From an uncultured Verrucomicrobiales bacterium (GTDB taxonomy: Bacteria > Verrucomicrobiota > Verrucomicrobiia > Verrucomicrobiales > DEV007), in NCBI GenBank assembly GCA_938091905.1, contig CALKOM010000056.1, positions 1 to 45,869 on the forward strand: a DNA stretch of 45,869 nucleotides. The letters are read 5' to 3'. Positions within the stretch are counted from its first letter, which is position 1; every line of letters starts with the position of its first letter. This document shows, in pieces, positions 10,352-19,312 of this stretch. Below the pieces are notes generated by a model, which saw only the letters and a list, made by a program, of their open reading frames with translations, searched no databases and had not been told where the DNA came from. The translations under genes and the position numbers were made by a program.

Positions 10352-10996
10352 CTATTCGCCTTTCGATAGCAAAGGCTCCAATACCTTCCAGACGGTAACG
10401 GCCATCTTCTTGTGGCCGTCTTCGTTTGGGTGAATGCGGTCGTCTTGGTTGAGGGCATCTTCTCCGGCCACGCCATCCAAGAGGAACGGAACGAACGCTA
10501 GTTTCTCCTCTTGCGCCAGTTCGGTGAAGACGGCTTGAAACGCCTTCACGTAGTTGGCACCCATGTTGTCAGGCATCTGCATGCCGGCCAGGATGATTTG
10601 GATATCGGGCTTCGTCTTGCGTGCCAGATCAATCATGGCCTTGAGGTTTTGCCGCATTTCCTCGGAAGACAATCCCCGAAGGCCATCGTTGCCTCCGAGG
10701 GCAATCATTAGGACATCCGCAGGCTTCTTCATGAGCCAGCGTAGCCGAGCCAACCCGTTCTTGGTCGTGTCACCACTCCTTCCTCCATTGGCGACGCTCC
10801 ATGCCGTGCTGTTCGCATTCAGCCTAGCCTCGAGTAGGGCGGGGTAGGCATCTGCTTTGGCGATGCCGTAACCAGCCGTCAGGCTATCGCCCAAAATGAC
10901 CAGACGTTTGAGTGATGTTTCAGCAGTCGACTTTTCGAAAAAAACGAGGTTGATCAGCAGGCAAATCGAGGCCCCTATCATGCAGACGTTTCGCAT
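10352..10996 (-). CDS. tesA: Arylesterase / acyl-CoA thioesterase I (SGNH/GDSL)
   Basis: GDSLTAGYG, SGDTT, LGGNDGLRG and DRIHPN motifs; divergent from ybbA. Confidence 0.92.
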   Translation of the reverse strand: MRNVCMIGASICLLINLVFFEKSTAETSLKRLVILGDSLTAGYGIAKADAYPALLEARLNANSTAWSVANGGRSGDTTKNGLARLRWLMKKPADVLMIALGGNDGLRGLSSEEMRQNLKAMIDLARKTKPDIQIILAGMQMPDNMGANYVKAFQAVFTELAQEEKLAFVPFLLDGVAGEDALNQDDRIHPNEDGHKKMAVTVWKVLEPLLSKGE

Positions 10997-11035
10997 TCCG
11001 GAACGTAACGCTTGGCAAGCCGCAAGGCAACCCCC

Positions 11036-11725
11036 ATGGCCATCCTCGAAGCTGAACACGTAAGCAAAGACTACGCCTCTGGCGAAAGTCGTCTCACGGT
11101 ATTAAAGGAGGTGAGTTTTCAACTTGAGGCTGGATCCTCCTGCGCAATCATCGGCCCTTCGGGTAGTGGAAAGACTACCTTGTTAGGTTTGTGTGCGGGA
11201 TTAGATGTTCCTAGCGAAGGGAAGGTAATTCTCGATGGTAAAGAGCTGCAGGCGCTGACAGAGAACGAACGCGCCGCCCTCCGGCGCGAACGGACCGGCT
11301 TCATCTTTCAGAGCTTCCAGCTCATGCCTAGCCTAACCGCCTTGGAGAATGTGATCCTTCCGCTGGAACTTCTTGGCCAGAAGCCAAGCGCTGAGGAAGC
11401 GGCCAACCTCTTGGGCCGGGTCGGATTAAAAGATCGTGTTGACCACTATCCGCTTCAGCTGTCTGGAGGAGAACAACAGCGTGTCGCGATTGCACGCGCA
11501 TTCATCCATCGCCCAGCTGTTCTCTTTGCCGACGAGCCTACGGGCAACTTAGATGCGGAAACGAGCCAGACGATTGTCGATATGATGTTCTCACTCAATC
11601 GAGAGGCTGGCACCGCTTTGCTTATGGTCACGCATGACCCTGATCTCGCTCGCCAGGCGAATCGCACGATGACTATGGCGGCTGGCCGTTTGGAGTCCGT
11701 GGTTGAAAATGCTTTGAGTGTTTAG
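11036..11725 (+). CDS. ybbA: ABC transporter ATP-binding protein (YbbA/LolD type)
   Basis: GPSGSGKT, LSGGEQQRVAIARA and ADEPTGNLD motifs; tesA-divergent context. Confidence 0.92.
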   Translation: MAILEAEHVSKDYASGESRLTVLKEVSFQLEAGSSCAIIGPSGSGKTTLLGLCAGLDVPSEGKVILDGKELQALTENERAALRRERTGFIFQSFQLMPSLTALENVILPLELLGQKPSAEEAANLLGRVGLKDRVDHYPLQLSGGEQQRVAIARAFIHRPAVLFADEPTGNLDAETSQTIVDMMFSLNREAGTALLMVTHDPDLARQANRTMTMAAGRLESVVENALSV

Positions 11726-11741
11726 AGTTAGCGGGACCAAC

Positions 11742-12695
11742 CTACTCGAACACCTCGACGACACTATCGCGATGACTGCAGGCGTATATCATAATGGAAC
11801 CATCATCCTTAATCCGGAGACCACCCCCCGCTTGGAAAGTCGTTTCGATACAGTGGAATGATCGGGTGCCTCGCTTGACCAATAGGGCAGGGATTTTAGT
11901 TAACGGATCCCGTCGCCACTCGTATAGATCGAGGCGATTCGCCTCGTCATTGCGGCAGAAGCCTGCAAGGAAACACCGGCCCTGCTTGTCGATGATCAAA
12001 TTAAGATTTTGATAGGAATTGTAGTTCGAATCGGTCCAGTCGCTTCGGTCCGCCTCGAGAGCGCTCCAGGTTACACCTTTCTCGAAGCGACACCGAGCAT
12101 CATTCAGTGGGTGCCCATTCGACTCATAGAAATCCAAAGTCGCGGAATCCCAAGTCCCGACGACTAAAAGATAGCGGTCTTTTAGTTTTGCCATGGCGAT
12201 GGCTCCGGCCGTTGCCCGCTCGAGCTTGCCCTCACGCTCTATGGATACGAGGGGCTTCATGGTGTTACCGAGAGTCTTCGCTGACACATCGGTTACCCAA
12301 ACTTTGGACGTGTTCTTGGCCTTATTGTCTTCGAGTCCTATCGCTGCATACTGTCCATCCACGATCTGAATACCGCCCGCATGGCGGTAGGGCGATGGCA
12401 GCAACGTTGTCATGCGAGACTTCGTGTCGTCTTGGTCTGAAAGAGGCACCTTGAGCACATAAGAATGATCTTTCGAACTTCCTGACAGGAGCAAGAATTC
12501 CTTCTCAGCTTGTTCAAACCACTGGACTCCTTGAAGATGCCCACCTTCGGGCAGGCGCTCGCTTAGATCGAAGCGAAGGCTTGTTGGCTTCTCCGTATTG
12601 ATCTTCGCGATGGCGTCCCACACATCTGGCAGCTGGGCTGTTGATGGAGATGAACACACCGCCAGCAACGACGCTATACCAATGATACACTTCAT
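11742..12695 (-). CDS. Secreted hypothetical protein (possibly beta-propeller)
   Basis: Signal peptide and repeated Gly motifs (GGHLQG, HAGGIQ, TAGAIA, QAGGGL). Lies antisense between ybbA and ybbP. Confidence 0.8.
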   Translation of the reverse strand: MKCIIGIASLLAVCSSPSTAQLPDVWDAIAKINTEKPTSLRFDLSERLPEGGHLQGVQWFEQAEKEFLLLSGSSKDHSYVLKVPLSDQDDTKSRMTTLLPSPYRHAGGIQIVDGQYAAIGLEDNKAKNTSKVWVTDVSAKTLGNTMKPLVSIEREGKLERATAGAIAMAKLKDRYLLVVGTWDSATLDFYESNGHPLNDARCRFEKGVTWSALEADRSDWTDSNYNSYQNLNLIIDKQGRCFLAGFCRNDEANRLDLYEWRRDPLTKIPALLVKRGTRSFHCIETTFQAGGGLRIKDDGSIMIYACSHRDSVVEVFE

Positions 12696-12797
12696 CCCCA
12701 ACGGTAGTCAATTGACCCCTTTCCTTCAAGCTCTCCGCGATGACAGAGTGAGAACGCTCTTGCATGAACGGCTAGACGATGAGGAGGTGTCCGCATC

Positions 12798-15347
12798 ATG
12801 ACAATCTCGTGGCGTTGGCTCTTCAGCATGGCTTGGCGGGACTCTCGGCAGAGTCGCAAACGGCTCTTGCTGTTCTCGAGTCCGCTTGTCTTCGGAGTAG
12901 CGGCATTGGTCGCCATCCAGTCATTGCGTGACAACATTCAGGATTCCATCGACGGGCAATCCAAGGCACTGGTCGGAGCTGACCTGCTTTTGTCTTCTCG
13001 CCGAGCTTTTGAGGGGGATGCCAAGAAATTGCTCGATGAAATTGGAGGGGAACAGATTCACGAAATCGCATTCACCACCATGGCGTATGGGGCCAAGAGT
13101 GATTCGGCACGCCTGGTGCATTTGCGAGGTGTGGGTGAGGGTTTTCCTCACTTCAGTGAGATCGATGCGTCGCCGGGGTCTGCCTGGGATCCTTACCTGA
13201 AACCTGGCACCTTTGTGCTTGAAGAGAGTTTGGCGGAGCAGTTTGGTCTCGTTCCTGGTGATTCCCTCAAATTCGGTGATTTGGAATCGACGATGGCAGG
13301 AGCTCTGGTGACCTCGCCCCCGCGGGCATCGTACTTTGCGGCTTTCTCACCTCAGGTTCTCATGCCTCTCGCTGAGATCGAGAAGACTGGATTGGTGACC
13401 GCACGAAGCCTTGTGTTTTATCGAACGTACATTCGCTTTACGGATGGCCGGGATCCTGAGGCCTTGGTAGAGAAATTGACGGAACGCTTTAAGGCTGCTC
13501 GTGTAAGTTGGCAAACGCCGGAGAAGCGTCGGCGAGACATTGGGAGACAGCTTGATCGGCTCTATCGCTTTCTCAGTCTTGTCAGCTTGGCTTCGGTCGT
13601 GCTCGGCGGCATTGGCATTGCCAGTGCGATTCATCAGCATGTGTCTCGTCGATTGCGCAGTATCGCGATTCTAAGGTGTTTAGGAGCGACGGCTGCAGAT
13701 GCCTTTGGAATCTATCTGATCCAGGCCGTTGCTCTTGGTCTATTGGGCTGTGCTGGCGGTGTTGTGTTAGGAGTGGCTATTCAGGCAAGTATTCCGGCCT
13801 TGTTAGCCAATGTCACACCGCTCGAGATTAGCTTTCGGGTGTCGCCGTTGGCGATCGCTGTGGCTTCGGGACTGAGTCTTATCATCTGTGTGAGTTTCGC
13901 TCTCTTTCCGTTGCTCAATGTTCGTCATGTTCCGCCCTTGGCGGCGATTCGCGCAGCACTGCTCAACACGGGGCCCAATCGGCGTGATCGCTGGACTTGG
14001 ATTATTGGTGGAGGACTTGTCTTGATCATTATTGGATTCGGTATCTGGCAGCAAGGGATGGAGTGGCGATCTCTTGCCATGTCCGGTGGTCTGATGGGCG
14101 TCTTTCTCCTGCTGTTCTTGGTTGCGAAACTGACAGTGTATCTAAGCCGGAAATTTGTCAGGACGTGGTGGCCATTTGCACTTCGCCAAGGGCTTTCCAA
14201 CTTACATCGTCCCAACAATCAGACGTTGGCGGTGATGGTTGCTTTGGGATTGGGAACGTTTCTCATCGTTACGCTCATTCTTGTGCAGAATCTTCTCCTG
14301 AATCAGATTCGACAGGAACGCTTGGCTGAGAACGGTAATCTTGTGCTCATCGATGTGCAACCAGACCAAGCCGCAAAGGTCCGAGCCTTGCTCGCAAAGG
14401 AAGAGACGACGGTTATTCAGACGGCTCCTATGGTCTCAATGCGCATTGAGGCGATCAAGGGGCAGTTGGTCACCGATCTCGTTAAGAATCCGAAAGCTAA
14501 GGTGCCCGGATGGACGCTGCGTCGAGACTTTCGTTCGACTTACAGGTCCAACCTCACGTCTTCTGAGAAACTGATCGAAGGTGTTTGGGTCGAGCGTGTT
14601 GACAACTACGATTTCGAAACGCCAGCTCCTGTGTCGCTGGAGGAAGGAATTGCGAAAGAGCTAGGATTGGTCGTTGGAGACACGTTTACGATGGATGTGC
14701 AGGGCTTGTCCCTGGAGATGAAGGTAATGAGTTTACGAGAAGTGGATTGGAGCAATCTCGGCCTCAATTTCTTCATGGTTTTTCCGGAGGGGATTTTTGA
14801 AGAAGAGTTAGCGTTCTACGTTTACACCGCGTTTGTAGAAGACTCGACCAAGTCTGGGCGATTGCAGACGGAGATCACCAAGGCGTTTCCAAATCTGTCT
14901 GTCGTTGATCTGACATTAATTGTGAAAGCTCTGCAGGATATCCTCGACAAGGTGGCTTTAGCTATCCGTTTCATGGCCGGATTTACGGTAGTGACCGGCA
15001 TCCTTATTCTTATGGCAACGCTGATCTCTGGACGAGGGGAGAGGCTTCGGCAAATGGCTTTGCTGCGAACATTGGGTGCTTCCAATGCTCATGTCTGGCG
15101 AATTCTCAGTAGCGAGTATTTGGCACTTGGCTTTTTGGCGTCTTTGGTAGGAGTGGTCTTGGCACTCGCCGCGTTCTGGCCTCTAGCTATTTTCGTTTTC
15201 GACTCGCCGTTCAGTATTGATGTAGGTGTGTTGTTTGTGGCCGTTGTTGTCTCTAGTCTAGCCACGTTGGCGTTAGGCCTAGCACTGAGCAGGGGAATCA
15301 CTACAGCTCCACCACTCGAGGTTGTTCGCCAACAGGACCTAGCTTAG
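12798..15347 (+). CDS. ybbP: FtsX-like ABC permease YbbP
   Basis: 849 aa, MAWRDSR start, two FtsX halves (IAILRCLGA; MALLRTLGAS), LIDVQPDQ motif, RBS GAGGAGG. Confidence 0.92.
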   Translation: MTISWRWLFSMAWRDSRQSRKRLLLFSSPLVFGVAALVAIQSLRDNIQDSIDGQSKALVGADLLLSSRRAFEGDAKKLLDEIGGEQIHEIAFTTMAYGAKSDSARLVHLRGVGEGFPHFSEIDASPGSAWDPYLKPGTFVLEESLAEQFGLVPGDSLKFGDLESTMAGALVTSPPRASYFAAFSPQVLMPLAEIEKTGLVTARSLVFYRTYIRFTDGRDPEALVEKLTERFKAARVSWQTPEKRRRDIGRQLDRLYRFLSLVSLASVVLGGIGIASAIHQHVSRRLRSIAILRCLGATAADAFGIYLIQAVALGLLGCAGGVVLGVAIQASIPALLANVTPLEISFRVSPLAIAVASGLSLIICVSFALFPLLNVRHVPPLAAIRAALLNTGPNRRDRWTWIIGGGLVLIIIGFGIWQQGMEWRSLAMSGGLMGVFLLLFLVAKLTVYLSRKFVRTWWPFALRQGLSNLHRPNNQTLAVMVALGLGTFLIVTLILVQNLLLNQIRQERLAENGNLVLIDVQPDQAAKVRALLAKEETTVIQTAPMVSMRIEAIKGQLVTDLVKNPKAKVPGWTLRRDFRSTYRSNLTSSEKLIEGVWVERVDNYDFETPAPVSLEEGIAKELGLVVGDTFTMDVQGLSLEMKVMSLREVDWSNLGLNFFMVFPEGIFEEELAFYVYTAFVEDSTKSGRLQTEITKAFPNLSVVDLTLIVKALQDILDKVALAIRFMAGFTVVTGILILMATLISGRGERLRQMALLRTLGASNAHVWRILSSEYLALGFLASLVGVVLALAAFWPLAIFVFDSPFSIDVGVLFVAVVVSSLATLALGLALSRGITTAPPLEVVRQQDLA

Positions 15348-15378
15348 ACGAAGGTTGGTAAAACTAACCTCAGAAAAG

Positions 15379-15406
15379 TTGCGCGGAAAGTGCGCCTCGG
15401 TATCTT
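15379..15406 (+). promoter_or_regulatory. Putative sigma70 promoter TTGCGC-N16-TATCTT
   Basis: Hexamers at 15379-15384 and 15401-15406, just upstream of the C-rich twin hairpin. Confidence 0.5.
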
Positions 15407-15411
15407 TAAGC

Positions 15412-15482
15412 ACAACCCCCAGAGAGTGCCCTTAGCCCCCGGCACTAGCCCCGCAGTGAACCCCCTTGATTCACTGCGGGGT
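15412..15482 (+). ncRNA. Candidate small RNA with two stem-loops and C5 tracts (6C-like architecture)
   Basis: Stem AGTGCC/GGCACT (15425-30/15441-46) with loop CTTAGCCCCC. Perfect 12-bp stem CCCCGCAGTGAA/TTCACTGCGGGG (15449-60/15470-81) with loop CCCCCTTGA. A third C5 tract lies at 15416-20. Confidence 0.5.
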
Positions 15483-15845
15483 AAGGTTGGCTAGTCATGA
15501 AGTGGCGGATCTTGTTAGAGATTTCGGTTTCTCTTCGAGCGCATTGTTCACGTTCCTAGACTGGTTGTTGCGGATGAACCAAGCGAAGGAGAACAAGGAC
15601 TTTTCGTTGTCACTCTGCGGTGATCTGAAATTGATCGATCATCATGACCAGCTGAAAACCGAAATCAAAGTCTCGTTCGGAGGTAATTGGTTGATCCGAG
15701 TTTGGAACAAGCTCTTAGATCTTTTATAGCACAAGTTTCTCAAGATTCAGTAGGGGCGCAGGATTTGATAGAGGCCTCGTTGGGTGCCTCCTCGAGGGTT
15801 TTCTGGCTAAGCTGCAGATTTTTTGAAAAGGGCTCTCAGAAAATG

Positions 15846-16028
15846 ATTGCGCCTTCTTGGTCAATCCGATTACGCTGCGCCCCGGTGGTCGAGACAGCCC
15901 GCCCAGACGTCACTCCCTCCCTTTGTGGCGAGCACCACCTCATATCCGTGGTTGCCGCTTCTGGGCGTGCTGTTTCGGCCACCCTCGGGCGCGGCCTGGA
16001 ATTTTAAGAGGTTGGAAGAGGCTGTGAT
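15846..16028 (+). ncRNA. Candidate ~183-nt rod-shaped structured RNA (6S RNA-like or novel)
   Basis: Nested stems: 15846-66/16010-28 (bulged), an internal bubble, 15874-82/15987-95, and 15884-907/15960-83 (24 positions, 2 G-U, 1 mismatch), capped by two small hairpins. Most non-Watson-Crick positions are G-U on the + strand. Confidence 0.6.
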
Positions 16029-16054
16029 GCAGGTGATCCGCTTGCCGTGTTGAG

Positions 16055-17026
16055 TTACTGTGGTGCAAGTTCGGACTCAGCAGAACTTGTTAAAGATTCT
16101 GTTTCTTGGGTATCGTCCACTTGTCGAGATGGCCTGGTGTGAATGAACCAAGCGATGCAAAAGAAGAAGGTTCCTGCGATGACCATGCAGGCCGAGGCTG
16201 GGCAGTCTAGCCAGACGGCGAGGTGAATGCCTCCAATCGTGCTGATCACGGCGTGAGTAATGCTCAAGGTGATCATGGTCCGAAGTCGATTCGTTAGGAG
16301 GTAAGCAGTGGCCGCGGGCAGTATGAGCATGGCAATGACCAGGATGGCACCGACGGCTTCGAAAGCGCTGACGACTACGAGCGAGAGCATGCACATCATG
16401 GAATAGTGGATGAGTGTTGGCCGAAATCCCTGAGCGCCTGCCAGTAGTGGGTCGAACGAACTCACTAGAAGTTCTTTGAAGAAGGTAAGATTCAGTGCTG
16501 CTGTTAGAATGAAAACGCCAAAAAGGAGTTGGAACTGGCTCGATGCGAAGAGCGCTTTCATCGGATCCGAGCTGGCGTGCACGCCGAGCCATTCAAGCTG
16601 CCCAAAGAGGACACAGTCGGGATCGAGATCGGTATGGGGTGCGAGTTCTATTAGAAGGACGCCTAGAGCAAAGAGCATCGAGAAGACAATGCCGATAGCT
16701 GCATCTACTTTGACGATCGATCGGCGATGAATGAACTCGATTAGGACGGTGGTGACGATTCCTGCGACGAGCGCTCCGATAGTGAGAGCAAAGGAATCTC
16801 GACTTCCTGAGACGAGGAAGGCGATGACAATGCCTGGCAAGGCACTGTGACTAATCGCGTCTCCTAACATCGACATGCGGCGTAGGACCAAGTAATTGCC
16901 GATGAGGGCGGCCGAGAGTGCCACGATGAGTGCGATGCTCGTCATGAGCAGGGTTTGTGACAGATTGATCGTCCACGGCTCAACAAAGACGCGGTAGGCA
17001 TCGAATGGCGGAATGAGATGATTCAT
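16055..17026 (-). CDS. Mn/Zn/Fe ABC transporter permease (TroD/MntD-like)
   Basis: ABC-3 motifs GDAISHSALPG, DLDPDCVLFG and VGAILVIAMLI.PAATA. Confidence 0.92.
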   Translation of the reverse strand: MNHLIPPFDAYRVFVEPWTINLSQTLLMTSIALIVALSAALIGNYLVLRRMSMLGDAISHSALPGIVIAFLVSGSRDSFALTIGALVAGIVTTVLIEFIHRRSIVKVDAAIGIVFSMLFALGVLLIELAPHTDLDPDCVLFGQLEWLGVHASSDPMKALFASSQFQLLFGVFILTAALNLTFFKELLVSSFDPLLAGAQGFRPTLIHYSMMCMLSLVVVSAFEAVGAILVIAMLILPAATAYLLTNRLRTMITLSITHAVISTIGGIHLAVWLDCPASACMVIAGTFFFCIAWFIHTRPSRQVDDTQETESLTSSAESELAPQ

Positions 17027-18510
17027 GGTTCCACCTCTTCTTCTTTCACCGCGAGATCGCGCAAGGGAAGACGCTGGGTGTCGCGCAAAGAAGGGATACG
17101 TTTGCCGTGTGGATCTTGTTCCGGATAGTCGAGATAGCGCTCAAGTTCCATGACCTGATCCTCCCCAAGGATGTGTTCCACTTTCTCAGCATCCGCGTGC
17201 ACGTGATCGGCATCGTAGTCTGCTTCGTTCGTAAGATACAGCTCCCACAGTCGGTGATTCCGTACCACGCGTGAAGCGTGTTGGAGCCCCTCTGGTGTCA
17301 AGTAGATGACTTCGCCGCGAGCGGAGGCAAAGGTAGCGAGACCATCCCGCACGAGCAACCGCAGGCGCTTCATAGTTTCTTCAAAGGTTTCTCGCGCGTC
17401 GCCGGCTAAGCGCCGCACCGCGATGCCTTCTTCCTTAAATCGGTCCGACTCCATCGCGCGGTAGATGGCTTTCAACGTGTTCTCGACGGTAATTTGGCGA
17501 GTCTGTGAGAGGTGTCGACGGTAGCGAAAGACGAGGCCATGATGCGGGCTGAAGAGGAAGGCGAGAAGAAAGAACCCGCCTGCACACAGCGCCATGGATG
17601 GACCCGTGGGCAGGGTATGGGAGACGAGCCCTTCCCCGACGAAAGAAAGAAAGGCTCCTAACATACCGGCGGCAATCGCGAGCCCGGTGGCAAGGCAGAG
17701 CATGACGTGCATCCGCTTGGTCAGAAGAAAGGCTGTCGTTGCTGGAGTGATCAACATCGCGCTGACCATGAGTGCGCCAACGGCTTGCAAAGCGACTACG
17801 ATCGCGAGCGCTAGGAGAAGCATGAGCAGGTGAAAGAGCATTCGCTCTGGAAGTCCGATCGAGCGAGCAAAGACTTGATCAAAACTAGTCGCGAGCAGGG
17901 GGCGGTAGAGGAGAACGACGATGATCGTCGAGAGGACAGCAGTGCCGCCCATCATCCAGAGATCTGCGCGTCCCAGAGCGGCTGCTTGGCCATAGAAGAA
18001 ATGGTCGAGCCCGCTCCTGTTCACTGAGGGGATGCGCTCGATCATCTTGATCAAGCAGATGCCGACAGCAAAGAATGAAGCTAGCACCATGCCCAATGCG
18101 GCATCTTGCTTTAACCTGGTGCTTCGCTGAATCCACGAAACGGTTGCTGCTCCCAGTAGGCCAGCCATTGTTGCCCCCAGCAAGATGGCCCACGGTTCCT
18201 TGCTCATGGTAAAAAGGAACCCGACCGCGACGCCAGGAAGCACGGCGTGCGAAAGGGTGTCGCCGACCAAGGCCATGCGACGAACCACGACGAATGATCC
18301 TAATAAACCGAAATTAATGCCCATGAACAGGCACCCAAGCAGGATATGGCGAATGGCGGCGTCTTGGAGGCTAAAGAAGCGAACGAACTGATCTCCAAGA
18401 TCGACCTCGACCAGTTCCGATATCTTGGCGGCATGGGCTTCTGAGGGCATTGCGAACATAAAAATCAGCAATGCCAGAAACGGAGGGCTGTGTCGGAACT
18501 TAGGCGTCAT
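17023..18510 (-). CDS. Mn/Zn/Fe ABC permease fused to a C-terminal DtxR-type domain (TroC / YtgCR-like)
   Basis: GDTLSHAVLPG permease, then ENTLKAIY...LTPEG...VVRNHRLWELYL...HADAEKVEHIL..YPEQDPHGKRIP. Confidence 0.92.
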   Translation of the reverse strand: MTPKFRHSPPFLALLIFMFAMPSEAHAAKISELVEVDLGDQFVRFFSLQDAAIRHILLGCLFMGINFGLLGSFVVVRRMALVGDTLSHAVLPGVAVGFLFTMSKEPWAILLGATMAGLLGAATVSWIQRSTRLKQDAALGMVLASFFAVGICLIKMIERIPSVNRSGLDHFFYGQAAALGRADLWMMGGTAVLSTIIVVLLYRPLLATSFDQVFARSIGLPERMLFHLLMLLLALAIVVALQAVGALMVSAMLITPATTAFLLTKRMHVMLCLATGLAIAAGMLGAFLSFVGEGLVSHTLPTGPSMALCAGGFFLLAFLFSPHHGLVFRYRRHLSQTRQITVENTLKAIYRAMESDRFKEEGIAVRRLAGDARETFEETMKRLRLLVRDGLATFASARGEVIYLTPEGLQHASRVVRNHRLWELYLTNEADYDADHVHADAEKVEHILGEDQVMELERYLDYPEQDPHGKRIPSLRDTQRLPLRDLAVKEEEVEP

Positions 18511-19310
18511 CGCTTCGCAGAGAGATCCACTTTCGACTTCTCGCCCGTGGCATCTGCCACCTCACTGAGAATGGTTAGGCGTCCTCCATAGGCGCGCTGA
18601 AGCAGTTCTTCTTTAAAGACTTCCTCGACAGGACCATACGCGATTAGGCGCAAGTTTAAGAGAATGAGAGAGTCGAAGTACTGGCGTGCGGTGGGCAAAT
18701 CATGATGCACAACAAGGATGGTTTTTCCTTGGGAGCGAAGATCCTGAAGCAGATCGACGATCGTTGATTCCGTGGCTGCATCCACTCCTACGAATGGCTC
18801 ATCCATAAGGTAGAGATCACTCTCCTGGGCAAGGGCGCGGGCGAGAAAGACTCGTTGCTGCTGCCCGCCACTGAGATTGGATATCTGCCTACTGGCATAG
18901 GGGATCATGTTCACTTTCTCCAACGCTTCCATCGCGATGTCTCGGTCACGTTTACCGGGTCGCCTGAACAAGCCTAGATGGCCATAGCGACCCATGAGAA
19001 CGACGTCCATCACGGTGACGGGAAAGTCCCAATCGACCTCACGTCGTTGGGGCACATAAGCAACGCGTTTCCGTTGCGATGTGTTCGACTCGCCAAAGAT
19101 CTTGATCCAACCGCCTGAGGGGTCTAACAAGCCCATAATCGCTTTGATCAAGGTTGATTTGCCGGCCCCGTTTGGGCCCATGATGCCGACGAGCTGGCCT
19201 GGGGCGATGCTGACATCGATCCCGTAGAGCACAGGCTTCTTGTCGTAGGCGACCGTGAGATCGTGAGTTTCGAGAACGATTTCTTGGGAGGAACTGGTTG
19301 GATCGGTCAT
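18507..19310 (-). CDS. Metal ABC transporter ATP-binding protein (TroB/MntB-like)
   Basis: GPNGAGKST, YVPQR..VDWDFP, LSGGQQQRVFLARAL and VVHHDL motifs. Confidence 0.95.
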   Translation of the reverse strand: MTDPTSSSQEIVLETHDLTVAYDKKPVLYGIDVSIAPGQLVGIMGPNGAGKSTLIKAIMGLLDPSGGWIKIFGESNTSQRKRVAYVPQRREVDWDFPVTVMDVVLMGRYGHLGLFRRPGKRDRDIAMEALEKVNMIPYASRQISNLSGGQQQRVFLARALAQESDLYLMDEPFVGVDAATESTIVDLLQDLRSQGKTILVVHHDLPTARQYFDSLILLNLRLIAYGPVEEVFKEELLQRAYGGRLTILSEVADATGEKSKVDLSAKR

Positions 19311-19312
19311 GC

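Noticed and set aside
15846..16028. SRP RNA, tmRNA or RNase P identity for the long hairpin
   Set aside because: No SRP domain-IV CAGG..GGAA..AGCAG motif, no tRNA-like GGGG...CCA ends and no GAGGAAAGUCC motif.
15466..16053. ORFs 15466-15729, 15687-16007 and 15847-16053
   Set aside because: Non-ATG starts, no recognisable motifs, and overlap with strong RNA stems. Not supportable as CDS.
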